From Marispirochaeta sp. (GTDB lineage: Bacteria; Spirochaetota; Spirochaetia; JC444; Marispirochaetaceae): DNA of 64,000 nt. The notes under the pieces are model-generated. The model was not told the origin of the DNA, made no database searches, and saw only the letters and a program-made list of their open reading frames with translations. Below, piece by piece: positions 28,713 to 39,532 of this stretch (its first letter is position 1; every line of letters begins with the position of its first letter). The position numbers and the translations under genes were made by a program. The stretch is taken from positions 448,001 through 512,000 of the forward strand of contig CAXXFF010000004.1 in assembly GCA_963676835.2 (NCBI GenBank), written 5' to 3'.

Positions 28713-30002
28713 TCATCCCGCAGCAACTCCGAATATCAGGTTTGGCAACCAAAGACTAAGCTGTGGAATAAAAGTGAGCAAAAGAAGCACAATAACCAGA
28801 GGAATTATATATATCGCAGTAGACCGTGCTACATTTTCGACGGTTGTATTAGCAACACTGCTTAACACAAAGAGCACCGTTCCAAAGGGCGGAGTAAGAA
28901 TACCAATCATCAAATTAAGAATCATAATCACGCCAAAATGAACAGGATCAATTCCAAGAGATGCCATAAGAGGCAAGAAAACAGGTACAAGTATATTGAT
29001 CGCTGCTACAGTCTCCATAAAAAGGCCGACAATCAGAAGCAAAATATTTATTGATAAAAGAATTAAATAGTAATTATGTATGTGGTTCAACATAAAGTTT
29101 GCTACTATTTGCGGAACCTGCTCCTTGGCCAGGATCCATGCGAACAGACTCGCTGATACAACAATAAACATCACCTGTACCGTAGTACTCATCGAACTTC
29201 GTAATGCACGGAGGAATCGTTCGAGATTCATTTCCTTATATATCAAGACTCCGATAATTATCGCGTAAACACAAGATATGGCGGCCGCCTCTGTTGGAGT
29301 AAAAACACCAAAAAAAATCCCGCCAAGGATAATTCCTGGTGTCAACAACGCCCAGAAAGTCTGCAAAAAAGAGACTGCAACATCCTTGATAGAGCTGGAA
29401 GCCTCTACAGGAGTACCAAGTTTAACCGCCTGGAAATAAATTAAGACCATTAAGGCACCGCCCATAAGAAATCCCGGAACAATACCAGCGGCCAGGAGCC
29501 GCCCAACTGATGCCTGAGCAACTACGGCATAGATTACTGCAACCATACTCGGGGGAATAATTGGACCAATAGTTGAAGATGCGGCAGTTATACCCAGAGT
29601 CATACTATCTGGATAACCAGCTTTTCTCATTGCAGCAATCTCGATAGCGCCTAACCCGCCTGCGTCTGCAATTGCAGCACCCGACATTCCTGCAAATATT
29701 ATACTGGCAACAACATTCACATGACCAAGCCCGCCTTTTATATGGCCAACAAGACGGCTGGCAAATGTAAAAATCCGTGTGGTTACTCCTGTTTCATTCA
29801 TAAGATTGCCTGCCAGGATAAAAAAGGGGACAGCAAGCAACGGATATGTGTTTGCACCGGCAACCATCCGCTGAATGGCGGTAAAATTTGGAACCGCACC
29901 ATCTGCTATGACATATAACATCGAAGGGAGAGCTATTGCGACTGAGACTGGTATTCCCAAGGCAATAAACATGAAAAGGCTGATAAATAAAAACCACAGC
30001 AT
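28713..30002 (-). CDS. dctM: TRAP transporter large permease
   Basis: LAVPFFILAGNLM, FAGMSGAAIAD, GPIIPPS, FTPTEAA, DPVHFG, TPPFG. Confidence 0.95.
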   Translation of the reverse strand: MLWFLFISLFMFIALGIPVSVAIALPSMLYVIADGAVPNFTAIQRMVAGANTYPLLAVPFFILAGNLMNETGVTTRIFTFASRLVGHIKGGLGHVNVVASIIFAGMSGAAIADAGGLGAIEIAAMRKAGYPDSMTLGITAASSTIGPIIPPSMVAVIYAVVAQASVGRLLAAGIVPGFLMGGALMVLIYFQAVKLGTPVEASSSIKDVAVSFLQTFWALLTPGIILGGIFFGVFTPTEAAAISCVYAIIIGVLIYKEMNLERFLRALRSSMSTTVQVMFIVVSASLFAWILAKEQVPQIVANFMLNHIHNYYLILLSINILLLIVGLFMETVAAINILVPVFLPLMASLGIDPVHFGVIMILNLMIGILTPPFGTVLFVLSSVANTTVENVARSTAIYIIPLVIVLLLLTFIPQLSLWLPNLIFGVAAG

Positions 30003-30024
30003 ATTAAAAATGTCTCCTTATAAA

Positions 30025-30528
30025 CTAAGCTCCCAGTTTTGTCGTAGGTTCATTAAATCCTTTTTTAAATTGCCTGTAGGCATCCGGTATTTCTCTAATA
30101 GTAAATAAAACCCCTCCAACAGCTGGTGCGATATATAGCCAAAACTGGGATAACTGCATCGCCTGCGAACGGAATAATGCCGAACGCGACGCAAGTTGAA
30201 AGCTAAAAACAATGAGTAAGACAAGAAAAAGTAGAATAATAATTTCTTTAAAAAGCCATATAACCATTCGAACAACAGGGTGCAATGCCGGCTCAATCAT
30301 TGCATACATAATCTCAATTTTTATATGCGATCCAAATCTACGCACATATGCAGCACCGACAAAAGATAACCAAACAAACGAATAGCTGGAAAATTCAACA
30401 CTCCATGAAGCATAGAAACCTAGGACATATCTAGAAAAAACCCCAAAAGTCATAACAACAAATACTGACATGAAGAATATTGTTGGCAATGCTTCTTCAA
30501 AAACATCATAGATTTTTTGTAGTTTCAT
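30025..30528 (-). CDS. dctQ: TRAP transporter small permease
   Basis: 4 TM helices; VFSRYV, WSVEF, VWLSFVGAA, HIKIE. Confidence 0.9.
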   Translation of the reverse strand: MKLQKIYDVFEEALPTIFFMSVFVVMTFGVFSRYVLGFYASWSVEFSSYSFVWLSFVGAAYVRRFGSHIKIEIMYAMIEPALHPVVRMVIWLFKEIIILLFLVLLIVFSFQLASRSALFRSQAMQLSQFWLYIAPAVGGVLFTIREIPDAYRQFKKGFNEPTTKLGA

Positions 30529-30562
30529 TACATTTCCTAAAGAGAAACAAGTACATGCTTTT

Positions 30563-30589
30563 AAAAGGCCGGGAAATTCGTTCCCGGCC
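30563..30589 (-). terminator. Intercistronic stem-loop/attenuating terminator after dctP
   Basis: GGCCGGGAA-5nt-TTCCCGGCC followed by TTTT on the minus strand. Confidence 0.6.
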
Positions 30590-30597
30590 CAAGGGGG

Positions 30598-31620
30598 TCA
30601 CATATTCTGGATTCTGGTAAAGAGATCTTCTCCATAGCGGATCCACCACTTGCGAAAGTCCACAGGCATAGACGCTGTCTTTTTCAGGAAAGCATCCTTA
30701 TCAGGCTGGATAATTTCACATCCTTGCGATTCAAAGAACGATCCAAGGTTTTTATCATCTTCCTTGAGAAGATCAATGATAAGAGTAGAGGCCTCATCAA
30801 AAGCATCGGTGACAATTTTCTGTTGTTCGGATGAAAGTCCTTTAAACTTCTCTCCGTTCATAAGAAAGAAACACAGATTGGTTACATGCCCGGTTAAATT
30901 GATGTATTTAGCAACTTCGTAAAATTTCATTGCTTTAATAGCAGAAAGGGGATTCTCAAGACCATCAACAACACCTTGCTGCATAGCCATGTAAGCTTCA
31001 GAAAATGCGATGGGCGTTGGTTCAGATCCCATAGCTTTACCATATGCTACTGTTACCTGCTGCTGGGGAACTCTTAATTTAAAACCTGACAAATCTTCAG
31101 GAGTTCTGATTGGTTTTTCTACCGAAACGAGATGTCGAATTCCATATGCAGAAGTTCCGATTACCTTTATGCCAAATTCCTTCTCCAGATCGTCGAACAT
31201 CTGCTGTCCTATATCGCTTTTTGCAAAACGAACAACATGGTCAAGGTCTTTGAAAAGATACGGCATTTCAGCAACGTAAATCGGTTTATAGAGATTTCCG
31301 ATTTGACCAGCACCTGAAACTGCCATATCAACAGACCCAAATATTACAGCCTCGGTAATCTGTTCCTCAGTTCCCAGCTGGGATGAAGGGTAAACTTCAA
31401 TTTTAATTAACCCGTCCGTTCTCTCCTCAATCAGCTTTGCTGCAAGATTCGCGCCCTGGTCCCATGGATGCCCAGGGTTATACACATGTGCCAGCTTCAT
31501 TACAGTTGGTTCAGTAATACCTTCGCCACCTGATGCACTCTGCTGTTGCCCATTAGAGAAAGCAAGAGACATCACAACACCCATGAGCGCCATTACCATG
31601 ATCATTTTTTTGATGTTCAT
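30598..31620 (-). CDS. dctP: TRAP transporter substrate-binding protein (DctP/SiaP family)
   Basis: YPSSQLG, conserved Arg in KLRVP, GVVDGLENP, FYEVAKY. Confidence 0.93.
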   Translation of the reverse strand: MNIKKMIMVMALMGVVMSLAFSNGQQQSASGGEGITEPTVMKLAHVYNPGHPWDQGANLAAKLIEERTDGLIKIEVYPSSQLGTEEQITEAVIFGSVDMAVSGAGQIGNLYKPIYVAEMPYLFKDLDHVVRFAKSDIGQQMFDDLEKEFGIKVIGTSAYGIRHLVSVEKPIRTPEDLSGFKLRVPQQQVTVAYGKAMGSEPTPIAFSEAYMAMQQGVVDGLENPLSAIKAMKFYEVAKYINLTGHVTNLCFFLMNGEKFKGLSSEQQKIVTDAFDEASTLIIDLLKEDDKNLGSFFESQGCEIIQPDKDAFLKKTASMPVDFRKWWIRYGEDLFTRIQNM

Positions 31621-31692
31621 TTGAGATCCTCCTATTTTTTGCCGAAATACATGTGCGATCTCAGGAAGCTATTCTTTTTTCGGCAGTATTTG

Positions 31693-31754
31693 ATATATGT
31701 TATCACAGTACAGTAACATGTCAATACAAATATATGTGATAACATATATTTGTA
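31693..31754. promoter_or_regulatory. Probable GntR operator(s) in the divergent dctP/gntR promoter
   Basis: Perfect 13-bp-arm palindrome TACAAATATATGT-gata-ACATATATTTGTA (31725-31754); a second inverted 15-bp copy ATATATGTTATCACA at 31693-31707. Confidence 0.7.
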
Positions 31755-31872
31755 AATCTAAAATAAAATACTATATAAAAAGAAAATATATGTTCAATCT
31801 AATCCCGATAAACACTTTACCCTAAATACCTCAATCGATATAATGCAGAAAAGGACATACAGGAAAAGACCG

Positions 31873-32520
31873 ATGGGCATTGATAAGATTAGTACCAAAA
31901 CACTCCGACAAAAGGTTTTTGATCAACTTAAAGATTCAATAATGTCTGCCGAGATGGAACCTGGGCAGATTTTAAACCTCAGGGGATTAGCCGAGAAATT
32001 AGGTGTCAGCATGATGCCCGTTCGCGAAGCCCTTTGGCAGCTTGAATCTGAAAAAATAATTGTCATTGAAAGTAACAAAAGAATGTATATAAAAGTTTTG
32101 ACCGCAGATGAGATTCAGGAGATTTTTAAAATTCGACTGCATCATGAAGCAATACTCTTGGAGACCAGTTGCAGGAACTTCTCGGAAAACCTGGGGAATA
32201 AACTTGATCGTATCATCAATAAAATGAGACAAACAGGACAAAACAAAAAGAGCCGCTTCTTTTATTGGAACAAAGAATTCCATTTCTCTTTATATGAAAA
32301 TGCCGAAATGCCCGTAACTCTTTCTATAGTAGAAAATCTCTGGCTCAGACTTGCCCCGTACTTTTCAATTCATGGAGATGATTTACCTATTTTTACTGAC
32401 CTTGAACCGCATATCGAAATGATTGAAGGCTTTAAGACCAGCAACACACAGCAGTGCGTAACTGGTCTTAAACGAGACATCAATGAAGCCCAGGAACATA
32501 TACTTTCGTTCTACAAATAA
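31873..32520 (+). CDS. GntR-family (FCD) transcriptional regulator
   Basis: LAEKLGVSMMPVREALWQLESE HTH; NKEFHFSLY. Start at 31873 preferred because the ATG at 31843 overlaps a TATAAT. Confidence 0.9.
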   Translation: MGIDKISTKTLRQKVFDQLKDSIMSAEMEPGQILNLRGLAEKLGVSMMPVREALWQLESEKIIVIESNKRMYIKVLTADEIQEIFKIRLHHEAILLETSCRNFSENLGNKLDRIINKMRQTGQNKKSRFFYWNKEFHFSLYENAEMPVTLSIVENLWLRLAPYFSIHGDDLPIFTDLEPHIEMIEGFKTSNTQQCVTGLKRDINEAQEHILSFYK

Positions 32521-32537
32521 AAGTCAACAGGCAGGCC

Positions 32538-33560
32538 TTACAGCCCGCTGCTTTTTTTCAGCTGCTGCCGGAAATCCCTTGCAGCAGCAGTAAGGGTATC
32601 TTCCAGCAAATCCTTTTCTGCATCCACAACGGCACCGGCCTTTTCCCACGAGTCTATAACCAGTTCCATCCCCTTTCTCAAGCCCATGGAAGGTGATGCA
32701 GATTCTCCGCCAAGGGCTGTCCTTCGGCTGTTATCAAAACAGCCGGCATAGGATTTTTCAAAATAGAGGTGGGCACAGAGGTCCGGATAGGCATAATAGA
32801 GAACCGAAGGTGAGATTGCTTCGAATACCGGCTCTCTGCCTACAATATTGCCGATCTCTGTATAAAGATCCCGCCAGATTGTCCGCTCTTCGCTGCAGAC
32901 GTGGAATGCTTTCCCGTAGGCTGCCGGGTTACCAGCCAGAGATGCAATCCAGCGTCCCACATCCGGAGCAAAGGAGAAGCTCCAGGGGTGATGTCCATCT
33001 CCAAAAAGGAGAACAGGTTTACCAAGTTTTATACGGTTAACAAGATTATAGTTCTGACGCAGGGTACCCACATTCACCGCGCCGGCGCCGAAAGTGAGGG
33101 AAGGTCTGAATATGGTGAGATGTAAATTTCTGGATTCTGCTTCCGAAACCAGATAGCGTTCCATCTCCGCTTTATCAAAAGAGTAAGGAAACACCGGATC
33201 GGTGGTGAGTATCTCTTTATCTTCCAAAGTGGGCATAGTTACATAAGGCCGCTGATAGGCAGCGACGGAAGAACAGACAAGCAGATGCTCTGTCATTGGG
33301 GCAAACAGATTCAGTGTCTGTTCCGCATCTTTGCGGTTGAAACAGATCATATCTATAATAGCACCGAAGGTTCTGCCTGAAAGAAGTGCTCTAACAGCAG
33401 CTTCATCGCTTCTGTCTGCAGTCAGCTGCTCAACCTCTCCCGGGCGTACCGGATTTCGACTTCCCCGGTTGAGAACTGCTACCGTATCACCCTTTGCAAG
33501 ATGAGCATCCACAATGGCTCTGCTGATAAGCCCGGTACCGCCGAGAACTAAAACATTCAT
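32538..33560 (-). CDS. NAD-dependent epimerase/dehydratase family protein
   Basis: VLVLGGTGLIS, LNRG, CSSVAAY, YSFDK, IFRPS. Confidence 0.88.
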   Translation of the reverse strand: MNVLVLGGTGLISRAIVDAHLAKGDTVAVLNRGSRNPVRPGEVEQLTADRSDEAAVRALLSGRTFGAIIDMICFNRKDAEQTLNLFAPMTEHLLVCSSVAAYQRPYVTMPTLEDKEILTTDPVFPYSFDKAEMERYLVSEAESRNLHLTIFRPSLTFGAGAVNVGTLRQNYNLVNRIKLGKPVLLFGDGHHPWSFSFAPDVGRWIASLAGNPAAYGKAFHVCSEERTIWRDLYTEIGNIVGREPVFEAISPSVLYYAYPDLCAHLYFEKSYAGCFDNSRRTALGGESASPSMGLRKGMELVIDSWEKAGAVVDAEKDLLEDTLTAAARDFRQQLKKSSGL

Positions 33561-33710
33561 ACGAACCTCCCTCTCTTACCACAGTATACAGGCAATAGCA
33601 GCGGCGCTGTTAAACATTTTGTTTATCCACCCTTAAACTCCCGGTTATGGGATTCAGCAGACTCCTCGGATATCTTCTGTATAACAAAACGAATAAACAG
33701 AGGAGACCCT

Positions 33711-35027
33711 ATGAGATATACCATTTCTGCAGTTCTGATACTTACCCTGCTGGCAGGTGCAGCACTTTCTGTCAGCGCAGAAGAGCAGTTGCTCACCCTT
33801 GAGGATGCCCTTGCCACAGCAAAGGAGAACTCCCTGACCCTCTATACCGCTGATATGGCTCTGGATACAGCGGAATCCAGCTACAAGGCCCGCTTTAATG
33901 CCCTGTATCCGAGCATAAGCGGTACCGGCAGCTTAAGCAGAAGTATCGTATCCCTTACTGATTCGGATACGGTAACCTTAAGCGCCGGATTAAGCGCTTC
34001 CCTTACTCTGAACCCGGCACTCAAAGACGGTATAACGTATCTCAAACAGGCTTATGCAAGTGCAGGACTTGATCGGGAAGAGGCAGAAAAGGCACTGGAA
34101 CGGGATGTAAAGGTGAGCTTTTACAATCTTCTGTACACAGAGAAAGCCATTGAGCTCAACAGACAGAGCATGGAAACACTGAAAGCGGAATATGAACTTG
34201 CCCTCACAGACTACCGCAACGGCAGGATCTCCGAACTGGAACTGCTTACAACCCAGGTTGCGTGGAAAAATATGGAGCCCACCATCGCATCTCTTGAAAC
34301 CAGCTACCGGGAATTGAGGAGCACATTCTTTCTTCTTTTAGGTATTGAGAACAGCAGTGAGATTCAACTGAAAGGCAGCATCGAGCTTCCTGAAAATGCA
34401 GATGCCATTGTACGCCGATCAGCCGATATGAGCAGTAATTTTGATGTTGCGGCCCTGGACAACAGCCTGGCAGAAGCGGAAATAAGCCTGGACAGTACTG
34501 TTCATCAGGGTTTTTACCCCTCCATCGTACTCAGCGCAGGCTATACAGAATCCGCCTATGATCCTCTGGAAGGAAGCACCTGGGAAAACGGATTCAGTGA
34601 TCCATGGTCAGACACCACCAGCCTGAGTCTTGCCGTAAGCATTCCCATCGACAGCTGGCTTCCCGGATCTTCCGTCAAAACAAGTATTACAGAGCAGAAG
34701 AATACTCTTTCGGTACTGGAAAAACAGCGGAGCCAGACTGTACAGAGTGCCGCGGCAGAAACAGCACTGCTTTATGACAACCTTGAAAATTCTCTGCTGA
34801 ATCTTGAATCCCTGGAACTGAGCCTCAAGGTAGCCGAACGTGCCTACGAACTGACCGAAGAAGGCTACCGCAGGGGAACCCAGGAATTCCTGGCCCTCCA
34901 GGAAGCCGAGGACGATCTGAACAGTGCGCGGCAGAACCTTCTGGCAGAAAAGCTCACCTACCTGACCGCACTTTTCGATCTTGAATATGCACTGAACACC
35001 GATGCAGCCGAGCTGCTTGAACAATAA
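33711..35027 (+). CDS. TolC-family outer membrane efflux protein
   Basis: Signal peptide, LTLEDAL, two helical repeats (YRNGRISELEL / YRRGTQEFLAL); first gene of an RND operon. Confidence 0.88.
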   Translation: MRYTISAVLILTLLAGAALSVSAEEQLLTLEDALATAKENSLTLYTADMALDTAESSYKARFNALYPSISGTGSLSRSIVSLTDSDTVTLSAGLSASLTLNPALKDGITYLKQAYASAGLDREEAEKALERDVKVSFYNLLYTEKAIELNRQSMETLKAEYELALTDYRNGRISELELLTTQVAWKNMEPTIASLETSYRELRSTFFLLLGIENSSEIQLKGSIELPENADAIVRRSADMSSNFDVAALDNSLAEAEISLDSTVHQGFYPSIVLSAGYTESAYDPLEGSTWENGFSDPWSDTTSLSLAVSIPIDSWLPGSSVKTSITEQKNTLSVLEKQRSQTVQSAAAETALLYDNLENSLLNLESLELSLKVAERAYELTEEGYRRGTQEFLALQEAEDDLNSARQNLLAEKLTYLTALFDLEYALNTDAAELLEQ

Positions 35028-35050
35028 AAAGAACAACCAAGGAGTTATAT

Positions 35051-36019
35051 ATGAAGAACCATAAAGGACTTGTTATTTTAATCGCCCTGCTTGCAGTAGC
35101 CGGAGGGTTTTTTCTTTTCGCATCCTCGGGAAAATCACTCCCCGGATTTCCCGGACAGCAGGGAGGCTTAAGCCTCGAAGACCAGATTGAAACAGTTCCG
35201 GTAAAAACCATGCCGGTAACCGCAGGAACCCTTGAAGACTACATCCGCATCTCCGGCGACGTGAAAGCGGCTTCCTCTATTGAAGTATATCCCGATGTTG
35301 CGGGTACCCTTTCATCAATCACCGTACACACCGGTGAGTTTGTACAGGCAGGCAGCAGTCTTGCCCTGGTCGACCCCAGCCGCCCGGGAGCGGATTACAG
35401 TAAAAGCCCGGTGGAAGCTCCAATATCCGGTACAGTAACGGAAATTTTCACCGATGAAGGGGAAACAGTTTCCACCTCTGTCCCGGTACTGAAAATCGGC
35501 AGGCTCGACAGCCTGGAGGTAAAAACCTGGGTTTCCGAGAAATATGTAAACCGGGTGGAAACAGGACAGACTGCATGGATCACCACCGACGCAATTCCCG
35601 GCCGCAGTATAAAAGCCCGGGTAAGTATGGTATACCCCGTTGTAGATACAACATCCCGGACCATGGAAATACGATTGGCCCTGACCGGCAATACCAGCGG
35701 TCTTAAAGCGGGTATGCTTGCGGATATTACCCTGGTACTCGAGACAAAGGAAAACAGCCTCAAGGTACCCGAATCTGCTGTTATCGAGCGCTCCGGCGGC
35801 ACTTATGTATTTGTTGTATCCGGCTCCAGCGTCTCCATGACCGAAGTTGAGACAGGTCTGACTGTGGACGGTATAAGCGAAATTACCAGCGGACTGAACG
35901 AAGGCGACACCATTGTCTTTTCCGGCATGAGCATGCTCACCGACGGTACGGCAATACGGGTAATCAGCGAATCCGAAGGTCTGTCCGTCTCAGGCAACGT
36001 GGAGGCAGACAATGCTTAA
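35051..36019 (+). CDS. RND efflux periplasmic adaptor (MFP)
   Basis: VYPDVAG, VEAPISGTV, YPVVDTTSRT, LKAGM, VETGL, GLNEGD. Confidence 0.92.
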   Translation: MKNHKGLVILIALLAVAGGFFLFASSGKSLPGFPGQQGGLSLEDQIETVPVKTMPVTAGTLEDYIRISGDVKAASSIEVYPDVAGTLSSITVHTGEFVQAGSSLALVDPSRPGADYSKSPVEAPISGTVTEIFTDEGETVSTSVPVLKIGRLDSLEVKTWVSEKYVNRVETGQTAWITTDAIPGRSIKARVSMVYPVVDTTSRTMEIRLALTGNTSGLKAGMLADITLVLETKENSLKVPESAVIERSGGTYVFVVSGSSVSMTEVETGLTVDGISEITSGLNEGDTIVFSGMSMLTDGTAIRVISESEGLSVSGNVEADNA

Positions 36020-39000
36020 AAACCTTATCCAGAGGCCCCTGACGGTTCTTACCGTCTTTGTCCTGCTGACCCTTCTGGGGCTCTTTATGGTCTCCACCCT
36101 GCCGGTGGACCTTTTTCCCGACACAGATATGCCCGTTGTGTTTACCCGGACCAGCTACTCCGGCGCCGGAGCCGAAGAGGTGGAAAGCGAACTCACGGAT
36201 GTACTTGAAGCGCAGTTCTTTACCCTTGAAGGGCTGGAATCCATGACTTCCACCTCAACCGAAGGAAGCTCCTCTATTCTTCTGGAATTTGAATACGGAA
36301 CGGACCTCGAGGCGATCAAGAATGACATGCGGGACAAGATTGACCGCATAGCAAACTCCCTCCCCGATGATGCGGATGAACCGATAATGATGGAGTTTGA
36401 CCCGAACTCCCAGCCTATTCTCAGTATATCCGTGCAGGGCGACCGCACCATAGAAGAGATCTATGACATTGCCGAAGAGGTAATTCAGCCGAAGCTTGAG
36501 CAGGTTCCCAATGTATCAAACGTGGAGATCACCGGCGGAAGGGACCGCATTATCAGCGTTTCCATAGCTAAAAACCGGCTGGACGCTTTCGGTCTTTCAA
36601 TGACATCCGTAGGCTCCGCCCTGAGTACCCAGAATCTTACCCTCGGTGCAGGAAGCGCCGAAACCGGCGGCATCGAATATCAGATCCGTGCATCCGGAAC
36701 CTACGATTCGATCGAGCAGATAGGCGATACCCTGATAACAAGCGTCACCTCCGACGGCGAGAAACACAAGGTGTACCTCCGGGACATTGCGGACATCAGC
36801 TTTGCCAGTGAGGACGAAAGCAGCCGGGTCTACCTGGACGGTCTTCCTTCTATTCAGGTGCAGGCCTATAAAAAGACCGGAACAAACACCGTAGAGGTAG
36901 CTTCCGACCTTAAGGCCGCCCTGGAAGAGATTGCAACCGAGCTTCCAGACGGTGTATCAACCCTGATAACTTCCGATGAATCCTCCACCATCAGTGACAG
37001 CCTGAGTTCTGTAATGAGCTCCGCCATGCTGGGAATCCTGTCTGCGGTCTTTATTCTGCTCATTTTTCTGCGACAGATAAAAAGTACCCTCATAATCGCC
37101 ATTACCATTCCTGTATCTATTCTGATTACTGTTATGGGAATGAGCCTGGGCGGACTCACATTCAACCTGGTTGCCCTTACCGGACTAACCCTTGGTGTGG
37201 GAATGATCGTGGATAACTCGATTGTAATAATCGAAAACATATTCTCCCACCGGGAGCGGGGAGAACGGCTGCTGGCTGCCGGACTTTTCGGCACCAAGGA
37301 GATGATTACCGCCATTACCGCCTCTACCCTTACCACAATCTCGGTATTTCTTCCCATAGTTCTCTTCAAGAATGATCTGGGTTTTATGGGCACAATCTTC
37401 GGCAGTATGGCCTTTACGGTTATTATGTCCCTTACCTCTTCTCTTTTTGTTGCGGTTCTGCTGGTGCCCGTCCTGGCCACCCACTATCTGAGTATTCATA
37501 TCCGTTCGGAAAAACCGGTACGCAACGGCTTTCTCAAGGTTCTGGACGGTGCCATTGAGGCTGTACTCAGCCGGATCACCCGACAGTACCGCGGCATCCT
37601 CTCCTGGACACTGAAAAACCGTCTGGTAACTGCCGGTGCATTTCTTGTTCTGCTGACCCTGGCACTGCTGCAGATTCCCAACCTGGGACTCAGCCTGCAG
37701 CCCTCCGGTATGAGTGAGAGTATCAGTCTGAATGTGGAACTCCCCCTGGGATCATCCCTGGATTCCACCGAAGAGGTACTGGATGAAATTCTGGCCATGG
37801 CGGAAAAGGATATTGACGGGTATGCCGGCATAAGTATTACTTCAGGATCCAACAGTACTTCATATCAGGGTAAACTGACGGTAATTCTTCCTTCCGTTGC
37901 AGATCGCACCATGAGCACCGAAGATATCAAGACCGTATTGCGGGGCTACTTCAGCCTCTATCCCGACGCAAGCTTCAGCTTCGGCGGCCGTATGGGTCCC
38001 ATGGCTTCAGGAGATATCAATATTCTGGTTCAGGGCGATAACCTGGACGAGCTGATGGCCTACGCAGAATCTGCAAAGGAGCTGATCGAAGAGAAGGTTC
38101 CCAACCTGACAGAAGTGTCTCTGGACATGAGCGACGGTCTTCCCCAGTGGGAAATTGTTATGGACCGGGACAAGATTTACGACCTCGGTCTGAACATCAA
38201 CTCCGTTGCCCAGGAGATCTACTACCAGATAAGCGGCTATACCGCCACAACCCTGACCGACGAAAACGAGGATACCTACGATGTAGTACTCCGGCTGAAC
38301 GAAGATGACCGTAGTACCCTTAAAGACCTGGAAAGCCTCTTTGTCCTGAACAGTTCCGGAAGCAAGATTCCCGTATCGAGCTTTGCCTCGCTGGTTCAGA
38401 ACACCGGGCCCACCAAGATTTCCCATACCGACAAGGAACGGACAATTACCCTTTCGGGAGACCTGGCCCAGGGAGCAAAAGCGAACTTTGTAGAATCTGA
38501 AATCCGCGATCTCCTTGATTCAGAACTTCCCCCGGACCCGGGCATATCTCTGGTCTACAAGGGAGAAATGCAGGATGTAAACGAAACCGGCGGTGTACTG
38601 CTGAAGGTTCTTGCCATCGCAATACTGCTTGTATTCGGAGTAATGGTGAGCCAGTTTGAATCCCTCAGGGCTCCCTTTATTATAGTTCTGGCCATGCCCA
38701 TGCTTGCCATCGGTGTAATCGGGATATTCCTGATTACCGGCCTGAGTTTCGACATGATTGCTCTCATCGGCGTGGTAATGCTCTCGGGAATGGTTGTAAA
38801 CAACGGAATCGTTCTGGTTGACTATATCAACCTGCTGAGAAAGCGGGGCAGCTCCCTCTACGATGCCTGTCTTGAGGGTGGAGTCAGCAGGCTGCGGCCC
38901 ATACTGATGACTACCATGACAACCATTGCCACCATGGTTCCCCTGGCATTCTTTGCCGGAGAAGAGGGAATGCAGATGCAGGGCCTCGCCATGACTGTAG

Positions 39001-39113
39001 TCGGCGGACTTTCGGTAAACACATTGATAACCCTGGTATTTGTACCGGTACTCTACAGCCTTTTCTACCGTAAAGACCAGGTAAAAAGCACTGCCCTGGA
39101 GGCAAAGATATGA
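36012..39113 (+). CDS. RND efflux permease (AcrB/AcrD/AcrF family)
   Basis: 1033 aa, LPVDLFP, GMIVDNSIVIIENI, RLRPILMT, VPVLY. Confidence 0.95.
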   Translation: MLKNLIQRPLTVLTVFVLLTLLGLFMVSTLPVDLFPDTDMPVVFTRTSYSGAGAEEVESELTDVLEAQFFTLEGLESMTSTSTEGSSSILLEFEYGTDLEAIKNDMRDKIDRIANSLPDDADEPIMMEFDPNSQPILSISVQGDRTIEEIYDIAEEVIQPKLEQVPNVSNVEITGGRDRIISVSIAKNRLDAFGLSMTSVGSALSTQNLTLGAGSAETGGIEYQIRASGTYDSIEQIGDTLITSVTSDGEKHKVYLRDIADISFASEDESSRVYLDGLPSIQVQAYKKTGTNTVEVASDLKAALEEIATELPDGVSTLITSDESSTISDSLSSVMSSAMLGILSAVFILLIFLRQIKSTLIIAITIPVSILITVMGMSLGGLTFNLVALTGLTLGVGMIVDNSIVIIENIFSHRERGERLLAAGLFGTKEMITAITASTLTTISVFLPIVLFKNDLGFMGTIFGSMAFTVIMSLTSSLFVAVLLVPVLATHYLSIHIRSEKPVRNGFLKVLDGAIEAVLSRITRQYRGILSWTLKNRLVTAGAFLVLLTLALLQIPNLGLSLQPSGMSESISLNVELPLGSSLDSTEEVLDEILAMAEKDIDGYAGISITSGSNSTSYQGKLTVILPSVADRTMSTEDIKTVLRGYFSLYPDASFSFGGRMGPMASGDINILVQGDNLDELMAYAESAKELIEEKVPNLTEVSLDMSDGLPQWEIVMDRDKIYDLGLNINSVAQEIYYQISGYTATTLTDENEDTYDVVLRLNEDDRSTLKDLESLFVLNSSGSKIPVSSFASLVQNTGPTKISHTDKERTITLSGDLAQGAKANFVESEIRDLLDSELPPDPGISLVYKGEMQDVNETGGVLLKVLAIAILLVFGVMVSQFESLRAPFIIVLAMPMLAIGVIGIFLITGLSFDMIALIGVVMLSGMVVNNGIVLVDYINLLRKRGSSLYDACLEGGVSRLRPILMTTMTTIATMVPLAFFAGEEGMQMQGLAMTVVGGLSVNTLITLVFVPVLYSLFYRKDQVKSTALEAKI

Positions 39114-39409
39114 ACCGTATAGACATTATGCTTGATCAGACCATTGAAGATATCTTTATCGAACGGCTGTACACACAGCTGCCGGACCGCCCCTTTACCC
39201 TGATGCGGGGCGTCCTTGGAAACGGGGCCTCCGGGCCCCGCATGGGTACCGCCGTATGGCCGGAGGAAAACTCCCTGTTTATTCTGTACACAGGAGAGGA
39301 AGAGACGGCTGTTATAAAGTCCATTCTCACAGAGATGCGGCAGGTTCACCCGAACAACGGAATCAGCGCTTTCGTGACCCCCGAGGCGTATGAGCTGATG
39401 CCGGAGTAG
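39110..39409 (+). CDS. Small PII-like, RND-transporter-associated protein (PG0541-like)
   Basis: 99 aa, GVLGNGASGPRMGTAVWPEEN; ATGA overlap with the RND stop. Confidence 0.75.
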   Translation: MNRIDIMLDQTIEDIFIERLYTQLPDRPFTLMRGVLGNGASGPRMGTAVWPEENSLFILYTGEEETAVIKSILTEMRQVHPNNGISAFVTPEAYELMPE

Positions 39410-39532
39410 GAGAGATACCTCTTACCCGGGTGAGGGTCGGATTCACAGGATTGAGGTTAATATTAGTAACGATCCGATTAGGAACACTCCACGAGAGAAT
39501 TCCCCCGGATTTCATGCTATAGTGAGCAGGAT

